A stretch of 64,000 nucleotides of DNA from NCBI GenBank assembly GCA_963675295.2, contig CAXXKJ010000002.1, forward strand, positions 4,160,001 through 4,224,000, in the 5' to 3' direction. Source of the stretch: a bacterium (lineage in GTDB: Bacteria > Electryoneota > Electryoneia > Electryoneales > Electryoneaceae). The position numbers were made by a program, and so were the translations under genes. The notes under the pieces are model-generated. The model was not told the DNA's origin and did not search any database. It worked only from the letters and a program-made list of their open reading frames with translations. Shown piece after piece: positions 17,875 to 27,649 of the stretch; position 1 is the stretch's first letter; every line of letters begins with the position of its first letter.

Positions 17875-20874
17875 ATGCAGCCCCGGATCACGATCCGCCT
17901 GATGCTGGCGGTGTTGCTGGCGATTTTTGCGGGAACCGTTGCCTTCAGCGCGGACCCCGGCGACCATGAGATCAAGGACCGGGATGCGTTGAAACGTCTC
18001 GGCGCGGTGGTCGAGGATCGCGGGATCGGTCTGCTCGACAAGGGCGAGCTGGCCAACCTTATCACCAACATCGGGATCATCAGCGATTTCCATTTCGGCA
18101 CTCCGGCGCTGCACTGGCCGCGCAATGGAGAGGACGTGCAACACTACGGCTTCGGTGTCGGTCTGGTCGTGCTGGCGGACGGGCAGGTGGTCGCCTCGGT
18201 GCACGATCCCGATTCCCCGTTGCTCGATTACGGCTGGGAAGCCGAGCAGGGATCGCTCGGCGGCTTGTTCAACGATGTTCGTACGGACGACAACACGGCG
18301 GCCGACGAGGTGACGCCGTTCCTCGCGTTCTCCGACCGTCCGGCGACGTGGCCTGTGGTCGGCGGCGAACCCACCTGGCCCGGCCCGTTCCGGCGTGACC
18401 TCGCCAACCCCACTCAGGAGGTGGAAGGCGAATTCACCTCCGACCGTGACATTTACTCCGTCTTTCGTGACAAGCGAGATGTCGGCCTGCGAGTCGAACA
18501 GATCGCCTACTCGTACAGCCGCCCCTACGCGACTGACCTGATTTTCGTCCGCTACGTGCTGCACAACGACAGCGGCGCGGATTTGGATGAGGTCTACGCA
18601 GGTTTCTTCGCGGATCTCAAGGCGGATTTCTACGCCGACGACCGTATCGGCACGTGGTCGCTTGTCGATGGCGAGAAGTATCCGTCGTTCTTCTTCAAGC
18701 AGGACCTGAACGGCGTCCCGCAACGTGACGACTCATCCCTGTTCGAACAGTGGGTTGGACCGGTCGGCTGGATCGGCGCGGGGATTGTCGCGACGCCGGA
18801 CGACATGGGCGTGACCAGCTTCCACTACTACCACGACGACGAAAGTCCGGTCGAGGACGAAGATTTCAGCGCGATTCTGCGCAATGATCCGTCAGGCACG
18901 AACAACCCGGACTGGTATTTCCACGGCGACAATCCACAGTATGACGACGTCTCGGTGCAGGCCGAGGTGGACAAGGATGCGTTCCCCGGGTCGGAGATTA
19001 CGTTTACCTCAGGCGTGGGACCGTTCTCGCTTCCGGCGGGTGGCAGCGAGGAATTCGCGCTGGCATTCGTGATCGGCGCCGATTCAACGGAGCTGTACGA
19101 CAATGCCGCCACTGCCTACCAGATGGCGCGCGAGATGCACTACCAGGGGTCCGGCCCACCGGCGACTCCGACCCTGCGTGCGACACCGGGCGACGGCGAG
19201 GTTCTACTGAGCTGGGACAATGTCGCGGAAGGCAGCGTGGACGCATTCACCGGGCTGCGTGATTTCGAGGGCTACCGACTCTACAAGTCCACTGACGGCG
19301 GCCTGACCTGGGGCGATGTGGTCACCAACTGGTTCGGCGAACCATCCGGCTACGTGCCCATCTTCCAGTGCGATCTGGTCGACAGCTTCACCGGCCCGGA
19401 CCCTGCGTACGGTCCGGATTTCCCCAACGCGAATGTCTGGCTCGGCGACGACACCGGCCTCAAGCACAGCTACCTCGATACGGATGTCACCAACGGCGTC
19501 GAAACGTGGTACACGATCACCGCTTACGATCGTGGCTTGTACGATCCGGATGATCCTCTCGCCGCCGAACCGAGCTACGAAACCTCGTTCGGCAATTCCG
19601 CCAGCGACGCGAACACCGTTGCCGTCACTCCCGGCACCCGCGCCGGGGACTGGCGTGCGGGCACGGCGGGCGGGCTGATCGAACTGAACGGCGCGGTCAG
19701 TGACGGCTACATCGACATCGAAATTATCGACAGCGACGAGCTGACCGGCTACACCTACAACGTCACCTTCAATGATGTCGGCGACACGTTGTCCCTCGAG
19801 CCGGACACGGTTATCGTCGAGGAAACGTCACTGAATCTCGAGTGCCTGACTACCGGCACGAATGTGTTCACCGACATGCACAGCGGTAAGGAATTCGTCT
19901 ACTTCAACGTGCCACTGAGCATGGCACAGCCGGCGGTGGACGGTTTCCGTCTTATTGTGCAGGATGTGGACGGGACCGGCGTGCGGGACCTGGGTTGGAC
20001 CACGGTGAACGACGAAGAGAGCACCTTTACCTGGTGGACGGCGAACAACTACCCGTCGAATCCGTCCAGTTACGAGGAAGTGGTCGCGGGGGCGATGGAC
20101 TGGCGTGTCAGCATCACCGACTCACCTGTCGAATTTCGGACGACAACTCTTGGGTTTACCGAACAATTCCATGACACTTCGTTCGCAGCACCGCTTAAAC
20201 TGGAAGTGTCCGACAATGCTGCGGATGGTGTGTGGACCGATGTAACCGACTACGGCGCGTTTTCCGATCTCGTGTTTGCGTTCGGGCCGATTCCATCGCT
20301 GAGTCCGGTTGGTTGGGATCTCGAGCCGGGCGGGGCAGCGTGGAACCCGTCCACCCCACCGGACGGCACCCCGTTGTTCCCGGACATTCTGTGGTTGCGT
20401 GACGATGACGACGACACGTCCGGTGCGGAGGTGTGGCTGAAGACGAACAACGGGCCGCCGGATGCAATTCCGCCGAGCGTTGGCGACGTCTTCACGATTA
20501 TCACGTACAAGCCGTTCCGGCGGGGCCTGGTCTATGAATTCACCACCGAGGCTCCCTCCACGTCCGCAACTGTCGATCTCGGCGCGATTCGTGTGGTTCC
20601 GAACCCGTATATCGTGGATAGCGCCATGCGTGGCTCGGATGGCGAGGGGCAGGTGATGTTCACCAACCTGCCTTCCCGTTGCGACATCACGATTTACACC
20701 GTTGCCGGGCGCAAGGTGGCGGAGCTGACGCATGACAGCAGCGGCACGGAAGGATTTGCGTACTGGGATTTGCGCAACGAACACGGCCAGGACATTGCGT
20801 ACGGGGTGTACGTGTATGTCGTATCCACCCCGGACGGTGACAAGCATACAGGAAAATTGATGGTGATCCGGTAG
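17875..20874 (+). CDS. Large secreted acidic protein with FN3-like region and T9SS-type C-terminal domain
   Basis: Signal peptide; PPATPTL...GDGEV.LSWD, DFEGYRLYKS; C-term IRVVPNPY...FTNLP..C.ITIYTVAG...WDLRN..GQDIAYGVY...KLMVIR. Confidence 0.75.
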   Translation: MQPRITIRLMLAVLLAIFAGTVAFSADPGDHEIKDRDALKRLGAVVEDRGIGLLDKGELANLITNIGIISDFHFGTPALHWPRNGEDVQHYGFGVGLVVLADGQVVASVHDPDSPLLDYGWEAEQGSLGGLFNDVRTDDNTAADEVTPFLAFSDRPATWPVVGGEPTWPGPFRRDLANPTQEVEGEFTSDRDIYSVFRDKRDVGLRVEQIAYSYSRPYATDLIFVRYVLHNDSGADLDEVYAGFFADLKADFYADDRIGTWSLVDGEKYPSFFFKQDLNGVPQRDDSSLFEQWVGPVGWIGAGIVATPDDMGVTSFHYYHDDESPVEDEDFSAILRNDPSGTNNPDWYFHGDNPQYDDVSVQAEVDKDAFPGSEITFTSGVGPFSLPAGGSEEFALAFVIGADSTELYDNAATAYQMAREMHYQGSGPPATPTLRATPGDGEVLLSWDNVAEGSVDAFTGLRDFEGYRLYKSTDGGLTWGDVVTNWFGEPSGYVPIFQCDLVDSFTGPDPAYGPDFPNANVWLGDDTGLKHSYLDTDVTNGVETWYTITAYDRGLYDPDDPLAAEPSYETSFGNSASDANTVAVTPGTRAGDWRAGTAGGLIELNGAVSDGYIDIEIIDSDELTGYTYNVTFNDVGDTLSLEPDTVIVEETSLNLECLTTGTNVFTDMHSGKEFVYFNVPLSMAQPAVDGFRLIVQDVDGTGVRDLGWTTVNDEESTFTWWTANNYPSNPSSYEEVVAGAMDWRVSITDSPVEFRTTTLGFTEQFHDTSFAAPLKLEVSDNAADGVWTDVTDYGAFSDLVFAFGPIPSLSPVGWDLEPGGAAWNPSTPPDGTPLFPDILWLRDDDDDTSGAEVWLKTNNGPPDAIPPSVGDVFTIITYKPFRRGLVYEFTTEAPSTSATVDLGAIRVVPNPYIVDSAMRGSDGEGQVMFTNLPSRCDITIYTVAGRKVAELTHDSSGTEGFAYWDLRNEHGQDIAYGVYVYVVSTPDGDKHTGKLMVIR

Positions 20875-20975
20875 TTGAGTGGAGCGAACATCGAGGGACA
20901 CGATCCGCTTCACCATCGCAACATTTTCTACAGGATCAACAGCCCCGGAGGGGGGCGCATAACGAGGAGAATCGC

Positions 20976-21959
20976 ATGCGTATTGCTCTGACTTTCTTCC
21001 TGCTGGTACTGGTCTCCGGGATCAGTTCGGCGGATGTAATTTTCGAGGAACACTTCACCGACGGCAGCATCCAGGACGGCTGGTTCTCTCCGTGGCCGGA
21101 AGGCCAGGATATTGTGATCACTCCGGACCCGACCGCGCCGAGCGGCGATGGTTGGACCGGCAGTGTCGCCGGCGACCAGGCTTCCACCGCGCTCAACGGC
21201 ACCATGGACCTGGAAGATTACACGGTTGAATCCTGGATCTACACGATTGTCTCGAACGACGTCATGTTCCCGGTTTATAACGCCGTCGCGGCGCGTTGGG
21301 ACACGACCAACGGCAATTCGTACTACTATTTTACCACCATGTTCGGCTCGACCAAGAAAATGCGGCTGCGTCGCTATCCGGGCTCCGGCTTTGCCGCGGA
21401 AACCTTCATTGAATGGTCTGCCGCGGAGATTCCCGGCGGCGCCCCGACTGAGAGCAGCTGGCACAAGATGACGCTGCGTGTTTCCGGCGACGAGATCTGG
21501 TGCTACTGGGATGATCAATTGATGCCCGGCTGCCCGTACACCCCGTCAGCGGAATTCCGCCAGTACTCCGGGTTCTTCGGCATCTACGAGTTCTACATGG
21601 GCGACCAGGTTACCGAACCGGAAACGCGGTTTGACGATTTCATGGTCACCGATGAAAACAACGACGTCGACGAGATCACGATCGCACCGGTACCGAACTC
21701 ATCCATCGTCAGCTCGCTGTACCCGAACCCGTTCAACGCCAGCACCACGGTCACCTTCACCAATTCGGTTCCGGGTGATGTGACGCTGGCGGTGTGGGAC
21801 GTGCTCGGTCGACAGATGGCGACCCTTCAGCACGGGTTCCTCTCCCCCGGCGATTTCCGGGTGACGTGGGACGCGGCCGGCTATTCGACCGGCAACTACT
21901 TCATTACCGTGCAGCTCGGCGACAAGCAGGTGGTGCATCGCGCCGTGCTGACCAAGTAG
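20976..21959 (+). CDS. Secreted beta-sandwich (lectin-like) protein with T9SS type A CTD
   Basis: Signal peptide; C-term YPNPFNAST...WDVLGR...STGNYFI. Confidence 0.75.
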   Translation: MRIALTFFLLVLVSGISSADVIFEEHFTDGSIQDGWFSPWPEGQDIVITPDPTAPSGDGWTGSVAGDQASTALNGTMDLEDYTVESWIYTIVSNDVMFPVYNAVAARWDTTNGNSYYYFTTMFGSTKKMRLRRYPGSGFAAETFIEWSAAEIPGGAPTESSWHKMTLRVSGDEIWCYWDDQLMPGCPYTPSAEFRQYSGFFGIYEFYMGDQVTEPETRFDDFMVTDENNDVDEITIAPVPNSSIVSSLYPNPFNASTTVTFTNSVPGDVTLAVWDVLGRQMATLQHGFLSPGDFRVTWDAAGYSTGNYFITVQLGDKQVVHRAVLTK

Positions 21960-22105
21960 CGCTTACTCAGGTTGTGACCAACTTTCGGGATCAGGCGAGG
22001 CGAGTCGTTTCGCCTGATTCCGGCGGTGTTGATCATGCGGGCGTGCGGAAGGTTGGTGGTTAGCACCGTCGCACACCCGCAGCAGCCCACAATGCGAGGT
22101 CTCGC

Positions 22106-24772
22106 ATGAGTCGTTGGAAACCGAATCACGGATGGGCGATCGCCAGCGTTCTGCTGGCGTTGTTGCTGCTTCCGGCAACGTTATTCGCCGCACCGGAGAT
22201 CGTGGTGCCGGGCAGCGTCGTCTTTCAGCTGTCGTACGCTGACGCCCTGCCGCAGGACGCGTCCGAGGGTGCCCTGTTGCGCACAGGTGACGCCGCGTTT
22301 GACGAGTGGTTGGGCACGATTGACGCCAGCAGCATGAAGAACGAATTCGGCGACCTGATGCCGGACATGCGTGTCGTGCGGTATGACGCAGACCGGCCGG
22401 GCGGGCAGATTCTGGACGAGCTGCGGGATTTCCCGTTTGTCGTGCAGGCGGACGCCAACTACGCATTCCCGTGGTCTGAGCTCACGCGAACCCCGTCTGA
22501 CCCGGAAGCGCCGGGCCAGTGGCACCATTACGCGATCAATTCGTATCGCGGCTGGGCGTTGGCGCAGGGGTCGGACGATATCATCATCGGCATCGTTGAC
22601 AGCGGTGTCGACTATGACCATCCCGATCTCGAGAGCAGCATCTGGGTTAATCCCGGTGAGGATCTGAACAACGACGGTATCTGGGACGCTTCCGACGTTG
22701 ACGGTCTCGACAACGACGACAACGGCTACATCGACGACGGCATCGGCTGGGATTTTGTCACCGAGACCGAAGTCTTTCCCGGTGACGATCCGGGTCCGCC
22801 AGACAACGATCCCAACGATTTCGACGGACACGGCACCCACTGTTCCGGCGATGCTGCCGCGACCACGAACAACGGCATCGGTGTTGCCGCTCCCGGTTGG
22901 GGCTGCAAGATCGGCGCGTTGCGGGCGGGCTGGACGACGACAGGCGGCCTCGGGGTTGTCGGTCTGCTTGAGGCGACCAATGCCATCACCTATGCCATGA
23001 ACCACGGTTTCGATGTCATCTCGATGAGCTTTGGTGGACCGGGCGGCGATCCGTTCTACTTCCAGCAGGCGATGCAGATGGCGTATGACGCTGGCCTGAT
23101 CCTCGTCGCGGCAGCTGGCAATGAAAGCTCGAATGTGCCGCAGTATCCCGCCGCCGAGGACATGGTGATCGCCGTCGCCGCGACCGACCAGAACGATGAG
23201 CTGGCCGATTTCTCCAGCTGGGGCGACTGGGTCACCTTGGCCGCGCCCGGTGTCGCGATTTACAGTACCACGAATGCGGGCGGCTACGGCCAGCAGGGCG
23301 GTACCAGCATGGCGTGCCCGATTGTTGCCGGTTCCATCGCCAACCTGATGAGCATCGCGCCGCCGGGCTGGACTAACGACGACATCATCTTCCGGCTCAC
23401 CTCCACTGCGCGTGAAATTCCGGTTCCGGGCACCGGCGCCGGTATTGTCGACCTCGGCGCATTGCTTGACGTGTACGTCTCGGTCGACTCGGTCTGGGTG
23501 TACGATGGCGTCGTGCCGCACATCATTCACGGGCAGGAAGGCACCTTCGGCATGCGCTGGCAGAAGCATGACCAGAGCGCGCAGGAAGTGTCGCTGAAGC
23601 TGACCTGCGACGAACCCCGGGTCACGCTTGGTGCTGATTCGCTGTGGATCGGGATCGTGACACAGGGCCAGTCTGGAAACTTCGAGGTGCCGGTAACTGT
23701 CGCGCCCGGTGACGAGGATGTCGAGACGATTGACGTCGTCGCCCGCTTCCGTGGCTCGGATTTCTTCAACAACGATTTCGACTTCGAGCAGATCATCCCG
23801 CTACGTGTCGGCCAGGCACCGGTGCTGCTGATCGACGATGACCAGGGCGGCGCGGGCCGTATTGACACGTGGTATCTCAGTGCGATGGAGCAGGTCGGGG
23901 TGGAAACCGAAGCGATCAAACGGTCGGATATCTCGGTGCTGGCCGATTTTGTCGCGGGCTACGAGGCAATCATTTACGCGTCCGGCAGCCGCACCAGCAA
24001 CCATCTCACCGGGGATGACCTGGCCGTCTTCAGCGACTACCTGAACGACGGCGGCAAGATGCTGTTCTCCGGACAGAACATCGCTGAAGATCTGGCGGCG
24101 ACCAACCCGGACGTGCTCGACACCCTGTTCCACATCGAGCTGACTGAGCCCAACGCGAACCAGCTTGTGGTGCGTGGCATCGAAGGCCATCCGATCACCG
24201 ATGGCTTCTACCTCTTCCTCGCCGGTGAGGGGGGCGCGTGGAACCAGGACAACATCGACGTGCTCGCCGCTCAGGACGGCGCGGAACCGTTGTTCGTATT
24301 CAGCGCGGACCAGCCTGAGCGGTTGGCGGGTGTGCGAGTACAGGAAGGAATGCGCGACCTGGTTTTCTGCTCGTTCGGTCTGGAAGCAATCAACGATGAC
24401 TGGGTGAACGCGTCCACCCGTGCCGAGGTGCTCGACCGGATCTTCGTCGCCTGGGGCTTTGAGACTGGTGTCGCCGAACCGGGCAGGGACGGGTCAGGGC
24501 TGATCGCGGATGAGTTCGCCGTCTCCCGCCTGTGGCCGAATCCGACGAACGGGTTCGTGCAAAGTGTGATCACGTTGCCGTCACCGGGTCAGGTACGAAT
24601 CCGTGTGTTTGACCTGCTCGGACGGGAAGTGGATGCGTACGACTTCGCCGGTTCCGCCGGTCATAACCGTTTTTCTTGGCAGATGCCGGCGGGATTGAGT
24701 TCGGGGATGTATTTCCTCCGAGCCGAGCATCAGGCGGATGCACGGCAACAGCGTTTCCTGTATGTCAAGTGA
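22106..24772 (+). CDS. S8 subtilisin-like serine protease with T9SS type A CTD
   Basis: Catalytic triad IVDSGV / GHGTHCSG / GTSMACP; AAAGN; WPNPTN...SSGMYF CTD. Confidence 0.93.
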   Translation: MSRWKPNHGWAIASVLLALLLLPATLFAAPEIVVPGSVVFQLSYADALPQDASEGALLRTGDAAFDEWLGTIDASSMKNEFGDLMPDMRVVRYDADRPGGQILDELRDFPFVVQADANYAFPWSELTRTPSDPEAPGQWHHYAINSYRGWALAQGSDDIIIGIVDSGVDYDHPDLESSIWVNPGEDLNNDGIWDASDVDGLDNDDNGYIDDGIGWDFVTETEVFPGDDPGPPDNDPNDFDGHGTHCSGDAAATTNNGIGVAAPGWGCKIGALRAGWTTTGGLGVVGLLEATNAITYAMNHGFDVISMSFGGPGGDPFYFQQAMQMAYDAGLILVAAAGNESSNVPQYPAAEDMVIAVAATDQNDELADFSSWGDWVTLAAPGVAIYSTTNAGGYGQQGGTSMACPIVAGSIANLMSIAPPGWTNDDIIFRLTSTAREIPVPGTGAGIVDLGALLDVYVSVDSVWVYDGVVPHIIHGQEGTFGMRWQKHDQSAQEVSLKLTCDEPRVTLGADSLWIGIVTQGQSGNFEVPVTVAPGDEDVETIDVVARFRGSDFFNNDFDFEQIIPLRVGQAPVLLIDDDQGGAGRIDTWYLSAMEQVGVETEAIKRSDISVLADFVAGYEAIIYASGSRTSNHLTGDDLAVFSDYLNDGGKMLFSGQNIAEDLAATNPDVLDTLFHIELTEPNANQLVVRGIEGHPITDGFYLFLAGEGGAWNQDNIDVLAAQDGAEPLFVFSADQPERLAGVRVQEGMRDLVFCSFGLEAINDDWVNASTRAEVLDRIFVAWGFETGVAEPGRDGSGLIADEFAVSRLWPNPTNGFVQSVITLPSPGQVRIRVFDLLGREVDAYDFAGSAGHNRFSWQMPAGLSSGMYFLRAEHQADARQQRFLYVK

Positions 24773-24782
24773 GGGAGGACGC

Positions 24783-25796
24783 ATGAACAGGTCGCTGCAA
24801 CGGGTAGGCTTGACGCTGCTGCTGGTGGCGGTGCTGCTGCCCGGACACGCTGCTGGGTTTGACAAGCCCGGCACCACCGCCGCCACTTTTCTGCAGATCA
24901 TTCCCGGCAGTCGTGTTCCGGCGATGGGTGGCGCGGGAGTCGCATTGGCCGGTGGCGCGGAAATGCTCGCGATCAACCCGGCCGCGATCGCCTCGGACCG
25001 GTTCTCGGCGTCGTTCGCTTACAACGACTGGTTCGCCGGGCTAGAGCATCAAACATTGGCCGTCACCGCTCCAGTCCGGCCCAATCTGCGCGTCGGGATT
25101 CACGCGATCTCGTTCGGCGGGGACGAATTCGAGCAGACGACGCTCGAGATGCAAAACGGGAACGGCGTCATGGTCGACTACGGCGATCTGGCGGTGGGTG
25201 CATCCGCGATCATGCAATTGACTGACCGTTTCACCGTCGGCATCACCGGGAAATACATCCGCCAGGACCTGTTCCATACCTCCGCGCAGACCGGCGCGCT
25301 TGACGTCGGCACGCTGCTGCACACCACGCTGGACGGTTTTTCCATCGGCATGGCGATGACCAACCTCGGCGGCGACATGCAGCTCACCGGGCAGGATCTG
25401 ATCGCCGACGCGGAGTCGGACAATGCCGCCGAAACCCGGCTGCACACGTCGAAATGGCCGTTGCCGCTGTCCTTCCAGTTCGGCTTCGGCTGGCGGCTGG
25501 TGGGCGAGCAGGACGCGTTCTGGCGGGACGATCTGCACGAGTTCACCCTCGCGGTCGACAGCCGGCATTTGAACGAAGGGATTACCACCGTGCACGCCGG
25601 CGCGGAATACGGGCTGTACGACATCGTCTTCCTGCGCGGCGGCCGCAGCCTGAACCACGACACCGAGGAGTGGTCGTTCGGCGGTGGCGTGCGGGTCAAC
25701 CTGCGCAGCCTGACCGTGAACGCCGACTTCGCCTACGCCGACATGGGCGACCTGAACTCAGTAAAGCGGGTGACGTTACGGATTTGCGGACGCTGA
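24783..25796 (+). CDS. PorV/PorQ-family outer-membrane beta-barrel
   Basis: GTTAATFLQI.PGSR..AMGGA, INPAA, DVG, G.EY...VFLRGG. Confidence 0.8.
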   Translation: MNRSLQRVGLTLLLVAVLLPGHAAGFDKPGTTAATFLQIIPGSRVPAMGGAGVALAGGAEMLAINPAAIASDRFSASFAYNDWFAGLEHQTLAVTAPVRPNLRVGIHAISFGGDEFEQTTLEMQNGNGVMVDYGDLAVGASAIMQLTDRFTVGITGKYIRQDLFHTSAQTGALDVGTLLHTTLDGFSIGMAMTNLGGDMQLTGQDLIADAESDNAAETRLHTSKWPLPLSFQFGFGWRLVGEQDAFWRDDLHEFTLAVDSRHLNEGITTVHAGAEYGLYDIVFLRGGRSLNHDTEEWSFGGGVRVNLRSLTVNADFAYADMGDLNSVKRVTLRICGR

Positions 25797-25938
25797 CCCC
25801 GGCTGGGCGCAGCATTCACCAACAGGTAAGGCGAATGGCGATCACCAACTGGTGAGACGGATCTGGAACGAATTGCATTCGATAATCGTCCTGCGGCACG
25901 TGTGAATCGCCCGACTGCTATCATTCCCAACAACAAAC

Positions 25939-25970
25939 AAGCGGCCCTCGGTAATCTACCGGGACCGCTT
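25939..25970. terminator. Intrinsic terminator (original tRNA-Lys terminator; possibly also ends the glycan locus)
   Basis: AAGCGGCCCTCGGTA-ATC-TACCGGGACCGCTT hairpin with T-rich tails on both strands. Confidence 0.7.
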
Positions 25971-25978
25971 CTTTTCGT

Positions 25979-26024
25979 GTGCGCCATCAGGGACTTGAAC
26001 CCCGAACCTGCGGATTAAGAGTCC
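25979..26024 (-). repeat. att site: 46-bp exact copy of tRNA-Lys 3' half (distal att)
   Basis: GTGCGCCATCAGGGACTTGAACCCCGAACCTGCGGATTAAGAGTCC identical to 63137-63182. Confidence 0.95.
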
Positions 26025-26172
26025 AAAAAATACTAATTGCGTATCAAGTTGATTTTTAGCTTGTTATCAATCTAAGTGGTATTAAAATCAGCTATATAGC
26101 GTTCACTTTTCGTTCGTTTTTAGCCCTGATCATCCTTCCGAATACCTTGTGATCTTCGCATCCCATTTCGCT

Positions 26173-26193
26173 ATGCCCACCTATTGCCCACCA
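26173..26193 (+). promoter_or_regulatory. Putative integrase arm-type binding site (left end)
   Basis: ATGCCCACCTATTGCCCACCA, identical to 52127-52147. Confidence 0.75.
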
Positions 26194-26535
26194 AAATTCC
26201 AGGTGGTTTCTGCTTTCTATCTGTGTCGAGAAAGATGAGTCTGGACTCTCCAAAGAGGCATTTCTGATCACCACTGATCATCACTGATTGTTGATCAACA
26301 ATCCCGTAGACAGCCGTATCCCACCACATAGTCATTTATTATCACTAAGTGTCGCTAAAACAACATTTTGATTCAAAGGGTAATCAATGCATCTTCCTCC
26401 CAGCAGTTCAAAATCTGTGCTTGGAAAGTTGCTCTTTGACAAGCGAGTCATATCCAGTGTGAAGTGCGAATCTGGTCGCATCAAACAGCGTCACCTACCA
26501 GAAATTGGGTGACCACGTAGACAAGGAGTTTAAAG

Positions 26536-26910
26536 ATGAACGAGCATGAATTGGGTCAGGACACTGAAGAAAACAGTGCTGATGATACAATTAACCAGCA
26601 TCCCGAACCAAAGGATGGAACACAGAGTGCTTCAGCTTATGCTGAACATGTCACAAGTGACAGTGCACTAAGCAAGGGCGAGTTCCTGTTCGGTGGGAGA
26701 AAGTATTACTCCATCAAACGGACGCAGGAAATCCTGCATGAGCGTGGCACAGATGCATCCGATTCCTTCATTCGCGGCAAACTGAAATCAAAGCAGTTAG
26801 CCTCGTACAGGATGAACGGTCGCAGAAGATTATTCATACCCGTTGAAGATTTTGAACGGTTCTTCGACGAAGGTGGATTCGCAATGCAGCTTGTCCCCGC
26901 GTATGAATAA
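26536..26910 (+). CDS. Excisionase-like / HTH_17 DNA-binding protein
   Basis: YYSIKRTQEIL...SFIRGKLKSKQLASYRMNGRRRLFIPVEDFERF; RBS AAGGAG; at island end. Confidence 0.65.
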   Translation: MNEHELGQDTEENSADDTINQHPEPKDGTQSASAYAEHVTSDSALSKGEFLFGGRKYYSIKRTQEILHERGTDASDSFIRGKLKSKQLASYRMNGRRRLFIPVEDFERFFDEGGFAMQLVPAYE

Positions 26911-27003
26911 GCCGTAGAGAAATCAAGGGCGGTGTAGTGCCGCCCTTGGTGATACTGATGGTTGAACAGAGTTGGGCTTTTTTTCAGCGAAACCAAAGAA
27001 TTG

Positions 27004-27561
27004 ATGAGGAACGTAAAGATGGATGTGAAGAAGATACCAGTCCCATGGACAGTATATGTGATTACTGATGATGTGGGCGATCAGGAAATAGAAGTAATCG
27101 TGCAACGGCTTAAGGACGACCATGATAATGATAAGAGCACTAAAGACACGATGGATAGTGCTATTCGAATCATGGAAAACGCACACAAAAATGGTGGCGT
27201 TGCTTACGACTGGCATGAATACGATTTTCTTACAGTCTACTTAGCGCCGGATGCAGTATCGTCGTTTATTGAGAAAGGCGTCTACTTACTCGTGGACTTA
27301 GTCAACACAGAAGAGTACAAACATCAAGTTCTTATACGTCCATTTAATATGGCGTATGTCCCGTACATAAGTGAAGGATTTATTTACTGCCGTTACGAAC
27401 GAGATCTAACATATGAAGATCGAAAAATAATAAATGGATGGAATGGCAACCATCATTGGTGTTGTCAAAGCCAAAGGGGTGCGATTCATGCCCTGGAGCA
27501 AAACAGTCCATTGAGATCTGTTGTTGAACAAGAAAGAATGTTATTGAATAATAGACATTAA
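27004..27561 (+). CDS. Hypothetical protein (low GC)
   Basis: ~185-aa ORF; start uncertain; no recognisable motif. Confidence 0.5.
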   Translation: MRNVKMDVKKIPVPWTVYVITDDVGDQEIEVIVQRLKDDHDNDKSTKDTMDSAIRIMENAHKNGGVAYDWHEYDFLTVYLAPDAVSSFIEKGVYLLVDLVNTEEYKHQVLIRPFNMAYVPYISEGFIYCRYERDLTYEDRKIINGWNGNHHWCCQSQRGAIHALEQNSPLRSVVEQERMLLNNRH

Positions 27562-27649
27562 TATTTATTTCTTGGTTTCTAAAACATCAATGATGAAGGA
27601 TTACCTGGCATAAGAGCTTGTAGGTCAAACATAACCAAAGGAGTAGGTC

